64,000 nucleotides of DNA, from positions 33,232,001 through 33,296,000 of the forward strand of contig NC_043000.1 in assembly GCF_006345805.1 (NCBI RefSeq), in the 5' to 3' direction. The notes beneath the pieces were generated by a model that worked only from the letters and a program-made list of their open reading frames with translations, searched no databases and was not told where the DNA came from. A program made the position numbers and the translations under genes. Of the stretch, positions 54,578-64,000 are shown piece after piece. The DNA is from Octopus sinensis (taxonomy: Eukaryota). Every line of letters begins with the position of its first letter. Position 1 is the stretch's first letter.

Positions 54578-55255
54578 GGGAGAGTTTACGAAAAAAAACA
54601 AAAGACGAAGACAGGTGGTGTAGAAAACAAACAGATGTATTAGTATAACGCTCAGGAATAGAAAAAGTCTTTTACGTTTTGAGCCTACGCTCTTCTACAG
54701 AAAGAGACACAGAAAAAACAAAGAGAGAAACAAGGAGAGAAAAGGGGAGAGCAAAAAATGAGAGAAGAAAGGAGAGAAAAAAGGAGAGCAAAGAAGGAGA
54801 AAAGAAAGGAGAGTAGAAAAGAAAGGGAGAGCAAAAAAAGAGTGAAGAAAGGGAGAGAAGAAAGGGAGAGAAAACAAAAAAGGAGAGCAAAAAAGGAGAG
54901 AAGAAAGAGAGAGAAAACAGGAGATTAAAGAAGGAGAGCAAAAAAGGAGAGCAAAAACAGAGAGAAGAAAGGTGAGAAGAAAGGGAGAGAAAAAAGGAGA
55001 GCAAAAAAGGAGAGAAGAAAGGAGAGAGGAAAGGGAGATAAAAGAAGGAGAGCAAAAAGGAAAGCAAAAAAGGAGAGCAAAAAGGAGAGAAAAAGGAGAA
55101 AAGAAAGGAGAGAAGAAAGGGAGAGAAAAAAGGAATGAAGAAAGGGAGAGAAGAAAGGGAGAGAAAACAGGAGAGCAAAAAAGGAGAGAACAAAGGAGAG
55201 AAAAAGGGAGAGCAAAAAAGGAGAGCAAAAAAGGAGAGAAGACAGGAGAGTCTCT
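54578..55255 (-). mobile_element. PLE 3' tail with damaged hammerhead (54668-54705) and ~540-bp pyrimidine-rich tract
   Basis: Homologous to 57333-57520; minus strand CUGUAGA-A-GAGC-GUAG-GCUC-AAAA-CG-UA-AAAGA (G12A). Confidence 0.85.
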
Positions 55256-55726
55256 GGCTCTCACATAAAAAGTGGTAAGCATTAGGAAAGACAGGAACAC
55301 AAACCACCCTCAGGGCAGTCTTCTTGCGCCCACAGAGTATCTTGAAATTGTTGTTGGCATCCTTTTGTCTCGGGGGACGAATGGAGTTGCGCATAAGTCT
55401 TGCGCAGGCCTGGGTTAGATATAAGAAAATCCTGGGTAGCCCAGTCGTCAGGATTCCTTGCTCGACCTTGCTGACGTAGTCCAAAGGAATGCAGAGCATT
55501 ACGTTTAGCAACAACTTGGTTGCAGGAACTGCCGGAAGAGTGTCGAGTCGAACACTAAACCGCCTACGGGGCTCCACTCCAGATCTCTTTGAAGATTATC
55601 TCCTTTCTGTAACCCTGGATAGGGGCCCATACCGGATACTGTCAGCTGGAGCCAGTTGAGCCAGGGACTCGTGTCAGGCAGGGTCGTCACTTCTTGAAGT
55701 AGTGAAGAAAATCGCTACCCACTACC

Positions 55727-56193
55727 TATGAAGATCTTGAAATAGAAATTGACAAAATGTGGAACCTCAAGACTAAAACGATGCCTGTTATTATAAGTGC
55801 CCTAGGAATGATAGCAAAAGGGTCTGATTGCTACCTACCTCAGATACCAGGAAATCCAAAAATGGTAGAAATTTAAAATAGTGCTTATGGGAACTGCTCA
55901 TAATCCCCAAAACATTTTAATCTGTAAATATTGTCAAAAGTACTTTTAAATGTACATAATAATAAAGACCTTTTACTGTCATCTTAACATCACACTATCA
56001 TCTTATAATCAAATTACTTTTAAAACAAACTTCTAATTTTCTTACATTTTCACAGACATTCTCTAAAACAATACTCTGTGCAAAACCAAAAATATGGTCC
56101 CCTAGTCATAATACCAACTTGAACTTGTTATCTCTTGAGGTTTCTGGGTGAGGCTTGGAGTCAACTTTTACAAATTAAAGTAAAATCCCAAAC

Positions 56194-56195
<2 letters not shown>
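55727..56195 (+). mobile_element. R4/Dong-type 3' fragment (subfamily 2, like 9749-10146)
   Basis: YEDLEIEIDKMWNLKTKTMPVIISALGMIAKG plus matching 3' UTR, followed by (AAT)n. Confidence 0.8.
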
Positions 56196-56268
<73 letters not shown>

Positions 56269-56310
56269 CATACATAAACATAATAAAACATAATAAAAAT
56301 AATAATAAAA

Positions 56311-56868
56311 ACATACACTGGAAGCTATGCCAACATTACGGAATAACAACAGAAAAAAGATGGTATAGGCACACACCAGAAAATGTCACAGAAAACGAGA
56401 AAGCAACCATACTCTGGGATATGCCGATACACACAGATAGAGAAATTAAGGCCAACAGACCAGATATAGTTGTCAGAGATCATGAAGGAAAAAAATGCTT
56501 TCTAATTGATGTATCAATACCGGCAGATGACAACGTGTCTCTAAAAGAAATGGAGAAACTCTTAAAATACAAAGACCTGGAAATAGAGGTAACCAGAATG
56601 TGGAATCTAAAAACAGAAACAATTCCTATCATAGTAGGTGCATTAGGCATGATAAAAAAATATTCAGACAAATACATAAAAAAAACACCAGGACTTACAA
56701 ACACATATAACATGCAGAAAATTGCACTACTAGGCACTGCACACATCCTACGCAGAACACTTTCCATACAATAACCATCAGAGCATCACAACAAATCACA
56801 GCACATGCCTAAGGCACACAGAGTTGCGCTCGGTAGTGAAGTGAAAGCACGCTATAAAAATAAAACTA

Positions 56869-56872
<4 letters not shown>
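56311..56872 (+). mobile_element. 5'-truncated R4/Dong-type element with intact endonuclease C-terminus
   Basis: ORF 56421-56774 (RPDIVVRD..IDVSIP..KYKDLEIEV..IIVGALG); same 3' UTR as 49733-50800; (AAT)n tail. Confidence 0.93.
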
Positions 56873-56945
<73 letters not shown>

Positions 56946-57039
56946 CAACAACAACAACAATACTCTTCTGATAAAATAGCGATGAATCAATTGTAAATTT
57001 ATGTATTAAAACTAATCACTCACTCCATTCTCTTTGCAA

Positions 57040-57078
<39 letters not shown>

Positions 57079-57092
57079 GGCAACATTCGTCA

Positions 57093-57132
57093 GTTTCTTG
57101 AAAAGGGGCCATAACCCCGAAATATTGAATAC
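57093..57132 (+). ncRNA. Minimal type I hammerhead ribozyme with U3:A8 core
   Basis: GUUUC | UUGAAAA | GGGG-ccauaa-CCCC | GAAA | UA | UU | GAAUAC. Confidence 0.7.
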
Positions 57133-57246
57133 AAGGTAAGTCTATGTTAATTCATAATTTGTTTTCTTGTGATTTACCTTGCATTTACTTCGCATTGTTT
57201 TGGCCTTACCCACGATCCTTATACAATATATATATATATATATAAT

Positions 57247-57318
<72 letters not shown>

Positions 57319-57332
57319 TAATATATATATAT

Positions 57333-58735
57333 AACGGGAAGCTTTATGAAAATAGACAAAAGACGAAGGCAGGTGGAAAACAAACAAACAATTGTATTAG
57401 TATGCGCTCAGGAAATATAATAAAACAAGTCTTTAACGTTTCGAGCCTACGCTCTTCAACAGAAAGATACACAGAGAGAAAAAAAACACAGAAAGAAGGA
57501 GAGAAAAAAAATGCGTGCAGTAACTAACGAATCAACATGGCGATCTGATTACGGCCAGAAGTCAAAGATCAAACATGAGACGCGAGAGCGAAATTAGGGG
57601 AGATAATAGGGTTGAATGACCAGCTCCAACATAAGGGTGTGTGTGTGTGTGTGTATGAGAGAGTGTTAGTGCGTATGAGAGGTCTGGACGTGTGTATGTA
57701 TAGGGTTGGTGTATGTATTAGTATGTATTAGTATGTATTAGTATGTATTAGTACGTATTAGTATGTATAAGGGTGTGTGTGTGTGGTGTGTGTGTTGTGT
57801 ATGAGAGAGTATTAGTGCGTATGAGAGGTCTGGACGTGTGTATGTATAGGGTTAGTGTATGTATTGGTATGTATTAGTATATATTAGTATGTATTAGTAT
57901 GTATTAGTTGGTGTATGTATTAGTATGGCACATCATATATGATGTGATGTGTAAGTCGTGGGTGTAGTTGTGGAGAGAGGAGAAGAGGAGGGGGAGGGGG
58001 AGGGGGGAGAGAGGGGAGATAGAGGAGGAGGAGAGGAAGGGGATGAGGAGGGGAAGGAGGGGGAGGAGGGGGAGGAGGGGAGAGGGGGAGGAGGGGGGAA
58101 GGGGAGGAGGAAGGAGGAAAGAGGGAGAGAGAAGGGAGAGAGAAGGGGAGGGAGGGAGCAGAGGGAAGGGAAGAGGGAAGGGAAGAGAAGGAGGGAGGGA
58201 GAAAAAGGGAAGAAGGGAAGGGGAGTAGGGGTGAAAGGATGAAGGACTGAAGAAGTAGGGGTCGGGGGGAAGGTAGGTGAGGAGGGGGGAGAGGGGGGTT
58301 AGATGAGGAGGGGGGGGAGAGTTGAGACCAAATGGCGTATAAGAGCGAAGAGAAGATTAATTCCTGTTCACGGCGCAAACGGGAATCCGGATGCCTCTGT
58401 GTAAGGACAAACCGAACACAGATAGTTTGCAAGGAGTGACCGGTGGAGCGGAAATGGCGTGAGACCGGTGTGTCGTTCGCAAGGTGGATGTCACGAAGGT
58501 GTTCCGCGAACCGGTCAGCCAAGCGGCGTCCCGTTTGTCCGATGTACAAGGAATGGCAGAGAGAGCAAGAGACGCAATAGATAATATTGCTGGAGGTGCA
58601 GGTGAAGGAGTGGATGATGGGATAGGGTCGATGATGGGTGCTAGTGAGGAGGGTGGTGTTGGAGAGGTAAAGGCAAGTGCGGCAACGTGGGCGGGAGCAG
58701 GGGAACGAGCCGGGTTGGGAGGTAAGGTCATCCGG
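57333..58735 (-). mobile_element. 5'-truncated PLE: GIY-YIG endonuclease remnant, low-complexity 3' UTR, hammerhead tail
   Basis: Minus strand PGSFPCSRPRCRTC..FTCTSSNIIYCVSCSLCHSLYIGQTGRRLADRFAEHLRD; frameshift near the C-terminus; ends at (TA)n. Confidence 0.92.
57430..57467 (-). ncRNA. Minimal type I hammerhead ribozyme, A6U core with extra A after A9
   Basis: UCUUU | CUGUUGA-A | GAGC-GUAG-GCUC | GAAA | CG | UU | AAAGA. Confidence 0.75.
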
Positions 58736-58847
58736 ATGAAAATTTACTTCGTCCGCTAAGGAAATTATTCCTTCGGTTTCTGTTGTCTTTTTATCATACG
58801 GTATTTATGAATTTCTTATCAAATCCCTATGAATACACGTAAGCAAA

Positions 58848-59046
58848 TGATCATTATCAGAATTAATTTCATTAAACGAAGTTCAATAAATGTCATCAAA
58901 AAAAATTATATGAAGCAGATTTTGTTGTTAATGATGGATTATTCATTTATTAATAATCCATCGTTAACAAGAAAATCTGCTTCATTTCATTTTATTTGAT
59001 GACATTTATTGAATTCCGTTTAATGAATTTATTCTGATAATGATCA
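58848..59046. repeat. ~200-bp imperfect palindrome
   Basis: Arms 58848-58943 and 58952-59046 (TGATCATTATCAGAA...TTCTGATAATGATCA), 8-nt loop. Confidence 0.9.
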
Positions 59047-59123
59047 TATTGGCCATATATATATATATATAATATATATATATTATATATATCAGTGTGT
59101 TTGTGTGTGTATATATATATATA

Positions 59124-62100
59124 TGTCGCAAGATACTACGTGCCTTCCGTCGCCTCCAGCTTGATCCCACAACCCGCCCCATTTTCCCTAACCCACCCCT
59201 GTCCTCCTTCAAACGAGCCCGTAATCTACGTGACCTCCTGGTCCACAGCACCCTCTCTCCTTCCCCCTCAGCCCCACACGGATCATTCCCTTGCTCTAGA
59301 TCCCGCTGCAACACTTGCCCCTTCATCACCAACACCACTGCTGTCACTGGCTCCAACCGGCGAACTGTACGTATTAGGCACTCCTTTACGTGCAACTCGT
59401 CTGGCCTCATTTACTGCATTAAATGCAACCTATGCGGGATGCTGTATGTAGGACAGACGGGACGCCGGTTGTCCGACCGATTCACAGAACATTTGAGGGA
59501 CGTTCGCCTACACTCTTTTTCTCTCGTCGCACGCCACTTCCGCTCGGCCAGCCATTCCCTAGATGACATCTCAGTGTTTGGTCTCGCCCCCCACAAAGGT
59601 CGTCCACTTTCTAGGCTCCACTTGGAGCAACGCTACATCTTCACCCTACAAACTACTACCCCACACGGACTTAACACAGCCCCCTCCTCCTAAGGTTTCT
59701 CTTTTTTTTCGGATAAACACCACCCACACACACACCTACCTACATCCCACACGCCTGTTCACACACACACATACGGATACACATCTACGTACACACATTC
59801 ACACATTTAATCACACATACTTATAGACATACATGCACACACTAACATACAAACCAACATGCACATACATACACACATACATACATACACACACACATAC
59901 ATACTTACACACATACACACACACAGAGACATACATACACACATACATACACACATACATACGCACATACATACACACACACACACATCGCACATACATA
60001 CTTCACACACCTATACTTACATACACACACACACATGCACACATACATGTACGCACACACACATACATACACACATACCCACACATGCACACCTTTACAC
60101 GAATGCACATACACACACCTATTTGCACCCAGGCAAACCCCCCTCTTTTCTGCTTTCTGGTTTTGGTTGATGGATCCTCGGTTCCCGTGGAGCGGGTCGT
60201 TCGGGGGCCCCCGCGCGCGCACGCCTTAGCGCGTGCTGATGGTTGGTCGGCCCCATGGGCTTGCGTTGTATTGTTTGTGTGTTGCGTGTGTGAGCGTGCT
60301 TCGTGTGTGTGGGCGTGCTTCGGGTGTGTGCGTGCGTATGTATACATACATACCCACACACACACATGCATCCCTACTCACATACATACACGCACACCTA
60401 CTCACACACACACTTACACACACACTTACACACACACATACACACACACACACATACCCGCACACACACACACATACATACATACACACACATACCTACT
60501 TCAGACATACACATACACCCATACACTCACACTCACACGCATACACACACACACACACGCACACGCACACATACACACACACACCTACATACATACATTA
60601 CACTTGTACACACACACACTTACATTCATACACACACACACCTACACAGCCATACCTTCACTCATACATACACACATACCTACACACACACACAAACACT
60701 CACAGACACACACCCATACATACATACACCTATACACACACGCCTACACACATACATACACACATACATACACACATACATAAACACACACACATACACA
60801 TACACATACATACGCACACACACATATACTTACACACATGCACACACACACATACATACATACATACACCCACACACATACACATACACATACTTACATA
60901 CTCCTATACGCACATACATACTCACAGACATACACACATACACATACATACACACACACATACTTACACACACACTCGCCTGCACGCGCACACACATGCA
61001 TGACTAACACCCATACACTCACACTCACATACAAACACACCAACATATACACGCACACGCACACACACACGCACACACACACCTACACTCCCACACACAT
61101 ACATACGCACTTACATACACACACACGCATACACACGCACACACACGCATACATATATATATTACACACATACACACACACCTACATACACATGCATACA
61201 CACACACACACAAACACACACGGACACACCCATACATACATACATACACCTATACACACACGCCCACACACCTACATACACACACATGCATACACACACA
61301 CACACGGACACACCCATACATACTTACATACATACACCTATACACACACGCCTACACACCTACATACACACATATGCATACACACACACACATGTACACA
61401 CATACACACACATATACGCACATACATATATACCTACACACATGCACACACACATACACACACACATACGCACATGCATACGCATACATGCATACATGCA
61501 TACACACAACACACACGCACACGCACACACATACACACACACACACACATACATACACCCATACACACACATGCATCCTACACACACAGACATACACACT
61601 CACACATACATACACACACACACAGTCACTCACACACCTGCATGTACGCGCATACACATGCACCTACACACACTTCCACACACACACACGTACATACATA
61701 CACACTCATACACACACACACATACACACACATACATACTTACACACATACACACACACATACTTACATACATTCATCGGACACACTGACACCCAGACTT
61801 ACACACAGACACACTCACACATCCACACACATACATACTTACACACACACTCGCAGGCGCGCGCACATACACGCTTGTGCACGTTCGCGCACGCATACGC
61901 GCATGCATGCACCACGCTCGTGGTTTGACCGACTAGATCTCCTGTACGTATCTGGGGCCGGCGCGTGTCTTTGGGTTCTCCCACGCCTGTCGCCGCGGGA
62001 CCACTCTTCCATCTTCCCCTCCCCCCCCCCTCCGCTGCAGTTTTTTTCCTTAAACCCCCCCTCTTTGTACACACACGCACACACATACACACACCTACTC

Positions 62101-62867
62101 ACACACACACACATTTGCATATATATATACATTACACTTACACACACTTCAAATTTACTTGCCATACACCCAACTACGCACACTGGACACACTACCACTC
62201 AACACACACACTGGCACGTTACATACGCCCCCACCCTTTCCCTCCTTCCCTTCCTCCCATTTTTTACCACTGACCACTCACTCGAGACTTGCTTGTCATC
62301 TGTTCGCCCTGCACGCACTAACATATACATATTTTTTGTTTTTTTATCTCGCCTCACACACACATACACACACGCACACGCACACACTCACACATACATG
62401 CACACGCGCACACACATACCTCCCTGTTTCTGACCTGCCTTTCTCACTTGCTTTCACACTCCTTTAACTCTACTACTGCCTGCTACTAGCCACTGTCCAC
62501 CATACACACACATACACACACACGCACACACACATACACACACCCTCGTTTTCTCGCACACCTTTTTTACCATTCCCTCTTTGATTCAGCTCTCCTGTTT
62601 TTAAAAAACATTTTCCTCCTTTTTTACAACTTCCGTCTTTTCAGTATGTGACCTCGTGAAGACTACCTGCAATTTTTTTCCTCTGTCCTCCCGTCTCGGG
62701 ATCTTTCTTTCTCCTATGTTTCCGACGAAGAGCTCCGCTCGAAACGTCGTACCCTCCTTCTTCCATTTTCCTGAGCGCCTAATAATAATAATACTGTAAT
62801 TGTTCCACGTGTTGTTGTTTTTTCTGTTTTCCCGTTTGGATTAACCCTATATATATATATATATAAT
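59124..62867 (+). mobile_element. 5'-truncated PLE: open GIY-YIG endonuclease frame (to 59693), ~3-kb CA-rich 3' region, hammerhead-like tail
   Basis: FKRARNLRDLLVHS..CSRSRCNTC..FTCNSSGLIYCIKCNLCGMLYVGQTGRRLSDRFTEHLRD..PHGLN*; tail TTTCCTGAGCG..TTCCAC..TTCCCGTT resembles the 57333 tail; (TA)n at both ends. That the CA tract belongs to the element is inference. Confidence 0.8.
62722..62748 (+). ncRNA. Hammerhead-like motif (U4C, extra A); stem I not evident
   Basis: CCGACGA-A | GAGC-UCC-GCUC | GAAA | CG | UC. Confidence 0.55.
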
Positions 62868-62924
62868 ATATATATATAGCAATAATAAACATCTGAACGA
62901 GGTATAAACAGTAACTGCACGATA

Positions 62925-63123
62925 ATGTGAGGTATACTTGCCATCTCAATATGGCTAACCACTTAGGTTGACGAGGGAGGGATGACCTCCCTTTGCAAAT
63001 ACCATAAGAGCACAGAAAGTGTGCCTAAAGCCAGCTGGAGACGATGTTCTCCTGGGGCTACAAGCTACAGTAACACCCACCCTTAGTGGTTAGCCATATT
63101 GAGATGGCAAGTATACCTCACAT
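62925..63123. mobile_element. 199-bp MITE with perfect 39-bp TIRs
   Basis: ATGTGAGGTATACTTGCCATCTCAATATGGCTAACCACT (62925-62963) and its exact reverse complement (63085-63123). Confidence 0.9.
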
Positions 63124-63137
63124 ATATATATATATAT

Positions 63138-63168
<31 letters not shown>

Positions 63169-63296
63169 GTGTGTGTGTGTGTATGTATGTATATATACAC
63201 ACACAGACGCATGTGTATGTATGTAAAAATATACGTATGTGTATGTGAATGTCTCTCTAAGTGTGTGTGTGTGTGTGTGGTGTGTGTGTGTGTGTG

Positions 63297-64000
63297 TGAG
63301 GTACCCAAAAGTAACCGGAAACGTTCTCTGTGGGACGAGCCGCTTGTAGCTCAGGCCGTTAGAAACCACTTGATGCGACCCTCAGAAACCACTTGATGCC
63401 GACCGGCGTCATCCACTGGGGTCGTACTGCCACATGGTGCTTCTTTGCTTTGCAGTGCTTCTCCCCTGTTTGTCGATTTTTGCGATGGCTGAAACGAAGG
63501 AACAGCATCCGAAAAAATTGTCATGCTTTAAACAGCTTACAAGGACGCTGCCATGAGCAAAACACAAATTTATGAGGGGTTTCCAAGCTTTAGGCATGGT
63601 CACTTATCGCTTGAAGACTAACCTCGTTAAGGATGGCCATCGACCTTTCGGACGAAAGAAAACGTCATAAAAGTTCATTGAGGATCGTCACCAAATAACT
63701 GACGAACTTGTTGAGATGAGCGATGTGCCCTGGTGCTTTTGTCAACGAATTTTGAGTGAGGAATTGCGAATGGAAAAAGTTGCAGCAAAATGTGTGCCTT
63801 GCTCGCACACGGAAGATCAAAAGTGGTCATGGCTGAATGCGTGTCGTGGACTAAAGGAACAGTTGGAAGCTGATCTGGACGTTTCTGGAAGATCATCACT
63901 GGTGACGGAAGCTGGTGCTACGGAATTTGCAGATGTGGAAGAAGTAAGAAAAAAAACCGATAGGGGTGTTAAAAGGCATCACTTTGCAAGAATTCCAACA
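63297..64000 (+). mobile_element. Decayed, internally deleted mariner transposon (continues past window end)
   Basis: Fragments AMSKTQIYE, QRILSEELRMEKVAAKCVP, ITGDGSWCYG joined directly to FADVEEV. Confidence 0.85.

Noticed and set aside
62968-62995. TTGACGA-GGGAGG-gatga-CCTCCC inside the MITE as a hammerhead
   Set aside because: Followed by TTTG rather than GAAA.

Overview
A repeat-saturated, non-genic eukaryotic window. The SINE, LINE and microsatellite content strongly resembles an Octopus (cephalopod) genome, but that taxon is inferred from repeat families and is not proven. I could not support any host protein-coding exon; almost every ORF in the track is a microsatellite artefact. Identifiable content: (i) fragments of Penelope-like retroelements (PLE), namely one RT fragment, two GIY-YIG endonuclease 3' ends and isolated tails; (ii) at least six R4/Dong-type non-LTR fragments stacked in (AAT)n tracts; (iii) a CR1-type LINE 3' end; (iv) tRNA-derived SINE families (CORE-like with an internal microsatellite, Meta-like that forms multimers, V-like); (v) two decayed DD37D/maT-like and one mariner transposon; (vi) MITEs and foldback palindromes, a HINE/Helentron-like element and a 26-bp minisatellite; (vii) a 100-N gap. 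The most striking observation comes from manual folding: about a dozen type-I hammerhead-ribozyme motifs on both strands. Several have non-canonical catalytic cores (compensatory U3:A8 three times, U4C four times, A6U three times). Most sit a short tail upstream of a (TA)n tract, and three pairs converge on the same (TA)n tract. All structures were derived by eye with no software, so coordinates of degenerate repeats are approximate.
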